Below, one piece after another: positions 16,993 through 25,414 of a stretch of 64,000 nt of DNA (its first letter is position 1; each line of letters begins with the position of its first letter). The notes under the pieces are model-generated. The model made no database searches. It was not told where the DNA came from and saw only the letters and a list, made by a program, of their open reading frames with translations. The DNA lies in the sequence record LC494302.1. The stretch is one strand, 5' to 3'. Made by a program: the position numbers and the translations under genes.

Positions 16993-17073
16993 AAATATTA
17001 TCACAGTACTATTGACATAGTTTGATAGTACTGGCATAATAGATTTTATCAAGACAACTAAGAGGAAATTAAA

Positions 17074-17418
17074 ATGGCTAACATCAATACTATAGCAGCA
17101 CAAAATATCAACCTGTCTTCTGTTGAAGTTGTACACATTGCCGCCCGGCGTTGGTTCCAGGCGTCTTATGGTAATACTTATTTCTCTTTAACGGTAGATG
17201 TTGAAATCAATGGCGAATTTATTGAAGTAGTAAACGTGCCGTTCCAATATGGCTACGGGGATCATTTTGACACTGTAGCAATGGAAGAATTTAGCAAGGT
17301 TATTAATATGGAAGGTAAAGAGTTTTTACGCGGTTCTTATCTTTCCCGTTTTTGCCGTGATAATAATATCACTGTTTATAGTTCGGTAACTGATGTTAAA
17401 CGCAAAAAAGATCTTTAA
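17074..17418 (+). CDS. hypothetical early protein (GNTY...YGYG...DVKRKKD family)
   Basis: Paralog of 23957..24280; SD GAGGA. Confidence 0.85.
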   Translation: MANINTIAAQNINLSSVEVVHIAARRWFQASYGNTYFSLTVDVEINGEFIEVVNVPFQYGYGDHFDTVAMEEFSKVINMEGKEFLRGSYLSRFCRDNNITVYSSVTDVKRKKDL

Positions 17419-17498
17419 TTAGCTTTACTTTATGCAGATACTTTGATATAGTGTCTGCATAGGGGAAAGAAATTAAATTAACTTAAGAGGATAGTATA

Positions 17499-17768
17499 AT
17501 GAAAAATATCAGTACTTTAATCGATGCAGGTACACATGTTCGGCGGTCTATGGTTGCAACCAGTACTACAAAACAAGTAGCGAGCGGTTATCTTGTATTT
17601 GTGCACGATGGAAAACTCCTGGAACGTTCAATCAATTTTGATGTTAAAAACAATTGCCGTTTTATTATCTTTAAGCGTGAGCAATATAAAATTGATTTAC
17701 CAGCAAAGCCCATTAGTGGGGCGTACAACGTGCAATCAATGTTTGAACGTCAACCATACACCTATTAA
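17499..17768 (+). CDS. hypothetical protein
   Basis: SD GAGGA. Confidence 0.8.
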   Translation: MKNISTLIDAGTHVRRSMVATSTTKQVASGYLVFVHDGKLLERSINFDVKNNCRFIIFKREQYKIDLPAKPISGAYNVQSMFERQPYTY

Positions 17769-17819
17769 TCAAAACATCGTTAGCGGTCGATTCAGGCCGC
17801 TTATATTGGGGATTATACC

Positions 17820-18092
17820 ATGAACGTTAATCAAGTACTGAATGAGATCGAAAGCATCATTAAACCGATGAAGCGTACTGATGCTATGTTAACACCGGAA
17901 GAATGCCGCCTTTATGAGCGTTACAGCGTCGAACAAGTCCAGGCAATGGCTATGGCTACCCCAGCCGTTAAACCGCCTGAGAATGCGTTACAGGACGTTA
18001 CAGGGGATTATATCATCAATCCAGTACTAGGGAAGATGGCTGCAATCACCGAAGATCAACAAGACTACTTAAGCCAGTACTTAAAAGGTTAA
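17820..18092 (+). CDS. hypothetical protein
   Basis: SD GGGGA. Confidence 0.75.
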   Translation: MNVNQVLNEIESIIKPMKRTDAMLTPEECRLYERYSVEQVQAMAMATPAVKPPENALQDVTGDYIINPVLGKMAAITEDQQDYLSQYLKG

Positions 18093-18097
18093 TTAAT

Positions 18098-18307
18098 ATG
18101 CTTACTGTACAGGATAAGATCGACATCTTAAAGGTTAATATGTATGTGATTGATGCAGTACCTGGTAAAGTATTTGCATACGATGATAGTACTGTAAGCG
18201 ATTTCTACTATAGCCAGGCCGTGGGGGATCTTTCTGTACAGTCGGTTATTGAAAACGTAGTTAATGCAGCGTATGAGCATTTACTTTCAAATAGTACTTG
18301 CAATTAG
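18098..18307 (+). CDS. hypothetical protein
   Basis: SD AAGGT. Confidence 0.75.
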   Translation: MLTVQDKIDILKVNMYVIDAVPGKVFAYDDSTVSDFYYSQAVGDLSVQSVIENVVNAAYEHLLSNSTCN

Positions 18308-18376
18308 TTTTTAAACGCGTATAATGTTTTACATGAAGGGGAGAAATGATTCTCCCCACTAATTAAGGAATATGAA

Positions 18377-18523
18377 ATGAAAGCATCAAAAAAGAGTACT
18401 AACAAGAAAGCACGTTCAACCTTAGATGGGGTATTCCCTTTACGTTTCGTTGATGAAGTGGTTTCCTACCCGCCTGGCCTTACTCCTGAGATGGTAGAAA
18501 GTTTGCGTAAATCTAAAAAATAG
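18377..18523 (+). CDS. small basic hypothetical protein
   Basis: Hand-translated 48 aa MKASKKSTNKK...; own cassette. Confidence 0.65.
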   Translation: MKASKKSTNKKARSTLDGVFPLRFVDEVVSYPPGLTPEMVESLRKSKK

Positions 18524-18604
18524 TACTTGCAATTAGTTTTTAGTACTGTATAATGTTTTACATAGAGGGGGGAAATGGTTCTCCCCAATAACAGGAGAAA
18601 CAAA

Positions 18605-18757
18605 ATGAAACAATACAACGCTCGGTTTGATGTTACTATCGGCAACGGTAAAGGTCAATTCTCTTTCAGTACTCGACGCAGTTATACAGAAAACTTCCTG
18701 CGTAATTGTGCACTGACCGCCGCACAAATTAAACATTACTTTCAGGCTAAAAAATGA
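18605..18757 (+). CDS. small hypothetical protein
   Basis: ATG 18605 after AGGAG. Confidence 0.75.
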   Translation: MKQYNARFDVTIGNGKGQFSFSTRRSYTENFLRNCALTAAQIKHYFQAKK

Positions 18758-18843
18758 GATCATTAGCTTATTACAGTTCGGCCCTGGTCGGTGCATTGAT
18801 CGCGGCGTTGTTAGTAACCTATCTATTCTTTATGGTGATTTAA
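18754..18843 (+). CDS. small membrane peptide
   Basis: 29 aa MRSLAYYSSALVGALIAALLVTYLFFMVI; ATGA overlap. Confidence 0.55.
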   Translation: MRSLAYYSSALVGALIAALLVTYLFFMVI

Positions 18844-18981
18844 ATGAATCCTAACGGTATAATTTACAGTACTCCTAAAACGAAAGCAGACAAGGTAAAC
18901 GCTAAAAAAGCGAAAGTAAAGGAGTACATCAAGCAAGGCATGACGCGAAAGGCGGCGATTCTAAAAGCTAAAAATAAATGA
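18844..18981 (+). CDS. small basic protein
   Basis: 45 aa Lys-rich MNPNGII...; abuts upstream stop. Confidence 0.6.
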   Translation: MNPNGIIYSTPKTKADKVNAKKAKVKEYIKQGMTRKAAILKAKNK

Positions 18982-18984
18982 AAA

Positions 18985-19019
18985 AAGTGGTTGACTTCGG
19001 TCAGCCATTTTGCTATTAT
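18985..19019 (+). terminator. terminator-like hairpin overlapping a promoter
   Basis: AAAGTGGTTGAC-TTCG-GTCAGCCATTTT contains -35 TTGACT (18991), N17, TATTAT. Confidence 0.65.
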
Positions 19020-19025
19020 ATATTC

Positions 19026-19070
19026 ATTGAGAGATAGCTCACTAGCCCACAGGGTGCAGGAGTGTATCTA
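19026..19070 (+). ncRNA. putative small RNA, RCCCANNGGGTGC family
   Basis: GAGAGATAGCTC hairpin then GCCCACAGGGTGCAGGAGTGTATC (19045-19068). Confidence 0.5.
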
Positions 19071-19192
19071 TTGTATAATGTTTGAGTACTTAAAACTATT
19101 TTTAAAAAAGTACTTGCAAACTATCTCAATAAGCGTATAATGTTTTACATCGCAAGGGGAAACGGTTTCCCCTAGTAATAAGGAAACAAATC

Positions 19193-19534
19193 ATGACTAT
19201 CTCAATTGCTCAATCTAACTTTGAAAACGAAATCATCGCCCAGGCACTGCGTTTAAATGATGGTCGGGCCGAAATCAATTACGGTTTCAATTCAGGCGGT
19301 TGTGAAAAATATCAGTACTTTATAACTGCTGATGGCTGTGTCCTGGGCATCAATACAGTTATTGTAAACATCCAAAAAATTAATTTCAATGATCCAGACG
19401 ATAGCCAGTTTTACATCACTGGCGTAGACGTGAACTATGAGGATGACTCACTAACTGATGATCACACTGGCGAGCGGTTAGAAAGTGCATACGGTGAAGA
19501 TGATTATCAGTCCGGTCCAGAAGATTTCGAATAA
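19193..19534 (+). CDS. conserved phage hypothetical protein (DVNYED...DDHTGERLESAYGE)
   Basis: SD AAGGA; own cassette. Confidence 0.85.
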   Translation: MTISIAQSNFENEIIAQALRLNDGRAEINYGFNSGGCEKYQYFITADGCVLGINTVIVNIQKINFNDPDDSQFYITGVDVNYEDDSLTDDHTGERLESAYGEDDYQSGPEDFE

Positions 19535-19627
19535 TATAAAAAAATAGTTTGACAATAGATTATAGTACTGTATAATGTTTTACATGAAGGGGAGAATAGT
19601 TCTCCCCACTAACAGAGAGAAAACAAA

Positions 19628-19840
19628 ATGGCTAATATCCGGTCGAAATTAAAAAATGCAAAACAAGTTTTATTTTCAGATCATGAATACTTTAATAAAG
19701 ATATTACAGGAGTTACAAGTATCAAGGAAGTAAAAGAAAAAACCGGCGTTTTGTGTGATGTGCGATTAGTTGGAACATTTGGGAATAACGTGCTATATCG
19801 CTGCGGTGATTACAATTTTACACTGACTATCATTAACTAA
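19628..19840 (+). CDS. hypothetical early protein
   Basis: Own cassette. Confidence 0.8.
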   Translation: MANIRSKLKNAKQVLFSDHEYFNKDITGVTSIKEVKEKTGVLCDVRLVGTFGNNVLYRCGDYNFTLTIIN

Positions 19841-19932
19841 AAATATTATCACAGTACTATCAAAGCTATTGACAATGATTGATAGTACTGGCATAATAAC
19901 TTTTATCAACTACACTACTAAGGAATTAAAAA

Positions 19933-20112
19933 ATGGCTATCATCGCAAAAACTGAAATCGTTGGTCTGGATTCTATCATCATGACGTTTGAAGATCAAAA
20001 AGGTATGTATGTAGTTTCCTATGGTGATTATGTTCGGGAGTATGAAACGGTAGACGAAGCCTTTGAAAGTTATATTCGCCAGGTGAATAAAGCATACGAC
20101 GACTACCGCTAA
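19933..20112 (+). CDS. hypothetical early protein
   Basis: Hand-translated 59 aa MAIIAKTEIVG...; SD AAGGA. Confidence 0.75.
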   Translation: MAIIAKTEIVGLDSIIMTFEDQKGMYVVSYGDYVREYETVDEAFESYIRQVNKAYDDYR

Positions 20113-20211
20113 AATATATTACCAGTACTATTAAATCTATTGACAATGTTTGATAGTACTGTATAATAAGTTTTATAAACAGTAGTTAACTTAACCTAAG
20201 AGAGAAATAAA

Positions 20212-20355
20212 ATGATCGCACTGGATTCATTCATCGACGCAGTACTGGCAAAAACTGGCGAGGATCTGACCGCAGAACAATACGCGATGATCGAACAATG
20301 TCAACAGGACGGTAAATCGGTGAAAGATACTGTTAAGATTATCCGCAAGATGTAA
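20212..20355 (+). CDS. small hypothetical protein
   Basis: Hand-translated 47 aa MIALDSFIDAVLAK... Confidence 0.7.
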   Translation: MIALDSFIDAVLAKTGEDLTAEQYAMIEQCQQDGKSVKDTVKIIRKM

Positions 20356-20361
20356 GATTAT

Positions 20362-20389
20362 AGCCCACTGGTTAACGCTGGTGGGCTTT
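20362..20389 (+). terminator. intrinsic terminator
   Basis: AGCCCAC...GTGGGCT then TT. Confidence 0.6.
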
Positions 20390-20460
20390 AATTCATCACC
20401 CTATACAATGCCAGTACTCAACCGTTTATCTCGTTAGAATGCGTTACAGGACGTTTAACA

Positions 20461-20658
20461 ATGATTAGCATGAAATCAGTACAAAAACAAATAGAAACAT
20501 TATCAAAAATTAAACGTAAACAGTACTCCTTAGAATATACAATCAATGGTAACTATCATCTAATGAAAGAGAATAATTTTATAGTCATTGATGAATCATT
20601 GCAAATCATTAGTATAGTACTGAAAGCATTAATCAATGACAGAAAAAAATTAAAATAA
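20461..20658 (+). CDS. hypothetical protein
   Basis: ORF track; weak SD. Confidence 0.55.
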   Translation: MISMKSVQKQIETLSKIKRKQYSLEYTINGNYHLMKENNFIVIDESLQIISIVLKALINDRKKLK

Positions 20659-20697
20659 TCTATTGACAATATCATCCAGTACTGGCATAATACTTAC

Positions 20698-20744
20698 ACC
20701 AAGACGAGAACGTCACTAACCCATAGGGTGCACAAATGTAACTG
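20698..20744 (+). ncRNA. putative small RNA, RCCCANNGGGTGC family
   Basis: TTGACA-N17-CATAAT (20663) then GACGAGAACGTC hairpin and ACCCATAGGGTGCACAAATGTAAC (20719-20742). Confidence 0.5.
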
Positions 20745-20989
20745 TATAATATTGATCAAAAAATGATCTGATCAATACTTGATCAATTTGCGTAAAGTAG
20801 TATAATTCTATGCAGTTGGTTAGACGAAAGGTTATGATTAGTAGTGCAAGTGTATAAAAATTTTCATGGTGTATCGTTCCGCACATATGGGGATGAATAT
20901 GTGGTATCATGTGGATTGGAAAAAGTAAGAACAAGTAATATTATTGTCGCATTACAGTACTATAGTATTTTTATAATGAGGTTAAAATA

Positions 20990-21247
20990 ATGGCTGTAGG
21001 ATTCGCGAAAGATGGGGCCGAACAAGACGAGATTAACGCAGTGATTCAGGCTGCCGTTAACCACGCTAGAAAGCAAATTAACGCACAAATAGAATCACTG
21101 ATACATTGCCTCGACTGCGGCGATATAATCCCTGAGAAACGACGCCAGGCCGTTAAGGGATGTAAGTACTGCATAACTTGCCAGGAGGATCATGATAGTA
21201 CTTTTAAACGTCCCCCGCGTAATTGTTGGCATAGATCTATGAGATAA
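20990..21247 (+). CDS. DksA/TraR-family C4 zinc-finger protein (YbiI-like)
   Basis: CLDCGDIIPEKRRQAVKGCKYCITCQE zinc finger; N-terminus MAVGFAKDGAEQDEIN resembles YbiI-type proteins. Confidence 0.85.
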   Translation: MAVGFAKDGAEQDEINAVIQAAVNHARKQINAQIESLIHCLDCGDIIPEKRRQAVKGCKYCITCQEDHDSTFKRPPRNCWHRSMR

Positions 21248-21310
21248 AAAGTATTGACAGTACTGAAAGATAGTTTATAATATTTTATATCTTAACTGAG
21301 GATTGAAATC

Positions 21311-21667
21311 ATGGGAATACAACATATCACGCGTACTACTGACAATGGCGAGATCACTGGCTATCAAGTACAGGGCAAAGTAGCACAATTGCAGTACTGG
21401 TTTGTTAAACGTGGAATCATTGCACCGGATCTTGATTATGACCGTGTAGCGTTTATTGATTCTCTTTATGTTGATCCTGATAGTCGGGGCAATGGTGAAG
21501 GTAACGAATTAATGAATGCCTTTATTGATGCCGCCGATGATTCAGATTGTATCATCTTAGAATGCGATACGGGAGAAGATAACGCCTTTAATCTTAAAGA
21601 ATGGTACGAAGGTTTCGGATTCGAGGTATTGATAGATAGTGAATATCCTATCATGATTTTATCATAG
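21311..21667 (+). CDS. GNAT-family acetyltransferase
   Basis: IDSLYVDPDSRGNGEGNELM (acetyl-CoA motif A) and LKEWYEGFGF. Confidence 0.85.
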   Translation: MGIQHITRTTDNGEITGYQVQGKVAQLQYWFVKRGIIAPDLDYDRVAFIDSLYVDPDSRGNGEGNELMNAFIDAADDSDCIILECDTGEDNAFNLKEWYEGFGFEVLIDSEYPIMILS

Positions 21668-21739
21668 TACTTGCATTTAGTTTTCAGTACTGTTATAGTA
21701 CTTACATCAAGGGGAAACATCTTCCCCTACTAAGAGGAA

Positions 21740-21934
21740 ATGAAAATGGAAAACTTATCAAGTATTTTAGTACAAGATGATTTCGGTAATCCTGGAAGTG
21801 CTATCATTGTTCGGGGCAATAAAGCAACGTTTGTTATTGCTGGTGGACCCGTACAGCGTAGCATTAAAAATAATGCTGTTACCATTAATAATGTACGCTA
21901 TCGCTTAGATAAAGAATTAATTCATAAACTGTAA
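21740..21934 (+). CDS. hypothetical early protein
   Basis: SD GAGGA; own cassette. Confidence 0.8.
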   Translation: MKMENLSSILVQDDFGNPGSAIIVRGNKATFVIAGGPVQRSIKNNAVTINNVRYRLDKELIHKL

Positions 21935-21961
21935 TATTAATTTAATAGAGGATAACAATAA

Positions 21962-22285
21962 ATGTACATTCATACTACTATCACAAAGGAAGTCCGTTGC
22001 CAGTTCGAAAGTATTCCGGGCGTATGTTTCATCACTGGTACGTTTTCCCCTGGTGATCGTGATAATCCAGTACTGTTACAATTACGCCATCCATCATGGG
22101 ATAAAGCATTTGATCTACCGTTGAATGAATTCGCAACTACTGCTGAAAAGTACATTAAAAATATTCGCGAGAATGATCGACTATTCATTAATGCTTTTAG
22201 TGATTCCGCGTTAAGCGAGATCCACGGCGTATTGGTTGCAATCATGGAATCAATGCAGAAAACTAAATTCAAACAAGGTGAATAA
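21962..22285 (+). CDS. hypothetical protein
   Basis: SD GAGGA. Confidence 0.8.
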   Translation: MYIHTTITKEVRCQFESIPGVCFITGTFSPGDRDNPVLLQLRHPSWDKAFDLPLNEFATTAEKYIKNIRENDRLFINAFSDSALSEIHGVLVAIMESMQKTKFKQGE

Positions 22286-22368
22286 AAACTATTGACAATA
22301 GATTATAGTACTGTATAATAAGTTACATGAAGGGGAGAAATGATTCTCCCCACTGAGAGGAAAGAAAA

Positions 22369-22581
22369 ATGCAAGGTCAACTAATCGTTCGTAAATGGTC
22401 TGATACTAACGAAAAACCGTGGGATGTACAATACATCGGACCGGATGGGGTATCACGTTATCAGCCTGGCGTAACGCATAGTACTGAGCAATATGCCGCC
22501 GCTCACCGCGAACGCCTGTTAGAATCCATGAAACAGGGATTCTGTGAAAAATTCATTCAAGATCATTGGCTGAAAGATTAA
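22369..22581 (+). CDS. hypothetical early protein
   Basis: SD GAGGA; own cassette. Confidence 0.8.
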   Translation: MQGQLIVRKWSDTNEKPWDVQYIGPDGVSRYQPGVTHSTEQYAAAHRERLLESMKQGFCEKFIQDHWLKD

Positions 22582-22598
22582 TAGAAGGAGTACAGCTT

Positions 22599-22691
22599 AT
22601 GCAAATGAATCCGATGATTATTGTTTTAGCTGTACTTATGATCATTCATGCAATTGTAGAAGTATTAACGCAATCAGGAGTAATAAAATGA
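22599..22691 (+). CDS. small membrane peptide
   Basis: 30 aa MQMNPMIIVLAVLMIIHAIVEVL...; SD AAGGAG. Confidence 0.6.
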   Translation: MQMNPMIIVLAVLMIIHAIVEVLTQSGVIK

Positions 22692-22861
22692 TTCAAGTAG
22701 AATTATCAGTACTGAAAGATCTGTTTTATCGGTTAGGTACTACTGGAGAGTATCCTAAAAGTGATACCGCAAAACTTTTTGTATCACTCGATTTATGGCA
22801 ACGCGAACAATTAGTAATGTCCTGGCGTAAAGGTAAAGCAGATAGCGAGGTGAAAGCATGA
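22688..22861 (+). CDS. small hypothetical protein
   Basis: 57 aa MIQVELSVLKDLFYRL...; SD AGGAG; ATGA overlap. Confidence 0.7.
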   Translation: MIQVELSVLKDLFYRLGTTGEYPKSDTAKLFVSLDLWQREQLVMSWRKGKADSEVKA

Positions 22862-23007
22862 AAGAATTCTTATTCGAAGTAGTGTTTCAAGGTGTCGGTA
22901 GTAATCAATTGATTCGCTCAAGTGGTTACAATGTTAACCAGGCATGGAATAACATTAAACAAATGTACCCGAACGCTATCACATATCGCAACCCAAAAGA
23001 AGTTTAA
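22858..23007 (+). CDS. small hypothetical protein
   Basis: 49 aa MKEFLFEVVFQG...; SD GAGGTG. Confidence 0.7.
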   Translation: MKEFLFEVVFQGVGSNQLIRSSGYNVNQAWNNIKQMYPNAITYRNPKEV

Positions 23008-23016
23008 AAATAATTG

Positions 23017-23057
23017 AAAAAGGGATTGACTCCGGTCAGTCCCTTTGCTATTATATA
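23017..23057 (+). repeat. 41-bp terminator/promoter module (copy 1 of 3)
   Basis: AAAAAGGGATTGACTCCGGTCAGTCCCTTTGCTATTATATA identical at 23017, 26009, 28265. Confidence 0.9.
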
Positions 23058-23060
23058 CGC

Positions 23061-23100
23061 ATAGAAACAAATCAGCCCACCGGGTGCATAAATGTATCTA
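23061..23100 (+). ncRNA. putative small RNA, RCCCANNGGGTGC family
   Basis: GCCCACCGGGTGCATAAATGTATC (23075-23098) after TTGACT-N17-TATTAT. Confidence 0.5.
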
Positions 23101-23180
23101 TTGTTTGCTGGTGGCTAGTACTGAAAACTATTTTTAAAAAAGTACTTGCATTGTACTTAGAATCAAGTATAATGTTTTAC

Positions 23181-23253
23181 ATCAGGACGGGGAACGAAAC
23201 AAGTAACCCCGTTAAGTAGTCCAGGAGTAAGACATACGAAAAACTCCCCTGAT
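23181..23253 (+). ncRNA. putative three-way-junction RNA (TAAG-N4-ACGAAAAA loop family)
   Basis: Near copy of 12205-12279; ACGGGG/CCCCGT and GGAG/CTCC stems. Confidence 0.5.
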
Positions 23254-23322
23254 AAAATAGTTTGACAATAGAAAGTAAACGAGTATAATACTTACATCAA
23301 CCACTGATAAGGAAACATAAAA

Positions 23323-23598
23323 ATGCGGATTCTACTGACAGCTAACGAAATCGAACAAGTACTGACTACTAACCTGGAAGACTGGAAACGTGAAGCAGAT
23401 ATCCAGGCGGTTCAATGGTTAAATGATAAGTTAACGCCGGATGACTTAAGCAAGATTGTAGATCCTCAATTCTACGAAGATATCCACGACACCGCGTTAA
23501 GCGTCGAGGATGTACTAGATAAGCACTTTATTGATACTGATTTGCAGGTTTACGGTCGTAAAAACTTTATCACTATTCACGACATTTACAATAATTAA
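23323..23598 (+). CDS. hypothetical early protein
   Basis: SD AAGGA. Confidence 0.8.
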   Translation: MRILLTANEIEQVLTTNLEDWKREADIQAVQWLNDKLTPDDLSKIVDPQFYEDIHDTALSVEDVLDKHFIDTDLQVYGRKNFITIHDIYNN

Positions 23599-23686
23599 GT
23601 ATTGACAAAGTATCTTAGTACTGTATAATAGTTTACATCGAGTGAGGGGAAACGGTTCCCCTCCTAACAAAGAGAGAGAAATAAAA

Positions 23687-23869
23687 ATGGCTAAGTGCAC
23701 TATCTGCAAGAAAGAAATAGTATTAGTTCCAAGTGCCCGTGAACGTGCCGCTCGGTTCGGTGGCAAAGCGTCAGACTATACAAAAATGTTTACTGCCCAT
23801 ACAGCTTGCCAGGTAGCAAAACGTTCACAAGAAAGCGTAGAATTAATGCGTAAACTTTCCAAAAAATAA
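23687..23869 (+). CDS. small zinc-binding-like protein
   Basis: MAKCTICKK...HTAC; own cassette. Confidence 0.75.
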   Translation: MAKCTICKKEIVLVPSARERAARFGGKASDYTKMFTAHTACQVAKRSQESVELMRKLSKK

Positions 23870-23956
23870 GTATTGACAAAGTATCTTAGTACTGTATAAT
23901 AGTTTACATCAAGTGAGGGGAATGGTTCCCCTCCTAACTAAAAGAGAGAAATAAAA

Positions 23957-24280
23957 ATGGCTATGATCCTTGCCCAGAAAGTAGAATTGAAAATTGTAAC
24001 CTCCTTTGACATTAACGTTAATCGGTGGACTGATTCACACGGCAATACTTACCACTCTTGCTACGTGTCTGCGTTAATTGGCGACCGCTGGGAAGACCTG
24101 GGACACGAAACCTTTACATACGGTTACGGTACACAAGGCGAATACACGGGCTTGGAGATCATTAAAGAAACCGTTATAGGTTTCAACCCGAAAGAAAAAG
24201 TTATTCACCGCATCGAGGAAGAGATCAACAAAGAAATAACAGTTCGCTACCACGATGTAAAACGTAAGAAAGACATGTAA
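23957..24280 (+). CDS. hypothetical early protein (GNTY...YGYG...DVKRKKD family)
   Basis: Paralog of 17074..17418. Confidence 0.85.
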   Translation: MAMILAQKVELKIVTSFDINVNRWTDSHGNTYHSCYVSALIGDRWEDLGHETFTYGYGTQGEYTGLEIIKETVIGFNPKEKVIHRIEEEINKEITVRYHDVKRKKDM

Positions 24281-24366
24281 TAGAATCCATTTAAAGTACT
24301 ATTTGACATTGCCCAGATAGTACTTTATAATAGACTCTAACTTGTAGTACTAACTCAACTAATAGG

Positions 24367-24771
24367 ATGTATACCATGATTACTAAATTCTACGCTACCC
24401 GTGAAGCTGCCCGTATTGTTGCACGCGAGGAAGGCGAAACATTTAAAGACATGGGCAAAGATGCACCGAAAGGTCAACGCTGGGCCGTACAGTTCAAAGA
24501 GATCTCTGATATTGTGAATTCACCGGAGCCAGTACTAACAGCAGCAGAACTAAAACGAGCGGATTTACTGGCGTCAATACTTGATGCACAAGATGAGTTT
24601 ATCGCTGATTCTGATATCAAAGTACAGACAAACCACACCGCTTGGACTCACGCGGATCACCTGGCAAACCTTAAGCGTCCAAGTGAACTGATTCGCAACC
24701 AGAAAGAGATCCGACACGACCGTAAGGGTAATCGTGTAACAGTATACAGTAAACGCCGCCAGGTTATCTAA
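24367..24771 (+). CDS. hypothetical early protein
   Basis: Paralog of 11335..11601 with internal insertion. Confidence 0.8.
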   Translation: MYTMITKFYATREAARIVAREEGETFKDMGKDAPKGQRWAVQFKEISDIVNSPEPVLTAAELKRADLLASILDAQDEFIADSDIKVQTNHTAWTHADHLANLKRPSELIRNQKEIRHDRKGNRVTVYSKRRQVI

Positions 24772-24793
24772 TAACTTGCAGTACTAACAACAC

Positions 24794-24818
24794 GGCGGGA
24801 TCAGTTCCCGCCTTTTTT
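24794..24818 (+). terminator. intrinsic terminator
   Basis: GGCGGGA/TCCCGCC then TTTTTT. Confidence 0.75.
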
Positions 24819-24832
24819 ATAGGACAAACAAA

Positions 24833-25087
24833 ATGATTAAGGTTCAACTATATAAAGATAACATCTTACGGGTACACTATAAAGCACCTCAGAGAATCAT
24901 CACAAAGGCCGTACAGCTTGCAAATGAGTTTATTAATGGTAACCTATTACCTAGGAAGTTAAGCAACGGGAAACTGCGTGTAATCGACGTGGACACTAAC
25001 AACAGGATAGTAATCGAGAACACAGGAAAGATAAACCTTTATGAGCATCAACAATACAATAAGAAAATAAAACTAATATCACGTTGA
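24833..25087 (+). CDS. possible ParE/RelE-like fold protein
   Basis: KAVQL...PRKL.NGKL..IDV...RIV...LYEHQQYN pattern recalled from ParE-like domain proteins; by-eye only. Confidence 0.45.
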   Translation: MIKVQLYKDNILRVHYKAPQRIITKAVQLANEFINGNLLPRKLSNGKLRVIDVDTNNRIVIENTGKINLYEHQQYNKKIKLISR

Positions 25088-25140
25088 CAGTACTCAAATG
25101 TTTTAGTACTATATGTACATACCAACACGGGGGAAACAAA

Positions 25141-25383
25141 ATGATTACTTTAGAAAAACGTATCAAAGAAACTACATCGCTGGTGGAACTGTTAACAGTA
25201 CTCAAATGTAAAACAACACCATTCAGCACGCCGGACTTTATTAATATGGTTGATGTTAATGGTCGCTATCGTATCACGGTCGAACAAGGAGCGGCGAAAG
25301 TATTCAGTACTAAAAACACGAAGGAAGTGATCCACGCCGTTAATGTTAAAAAAGTAGTTGCCATTGATAGTAAAGTACTGTAA
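25141..25383 (+). CDS. hypothetical protein
   Basis: ATG 25141 after GGGGGA. Confidence 0.75.
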   Translation: MITLEKRIKETTSLVELLTVLKCKTTPFSTPDFINMVDVNGRYRITVEQGAAKVFSTKNTKEVIHAVNVKKVVAIDSKVL

Positions 25384-25414
25384 GATAGTTACATTAACTC
25401 AAGGAGAACATGCA

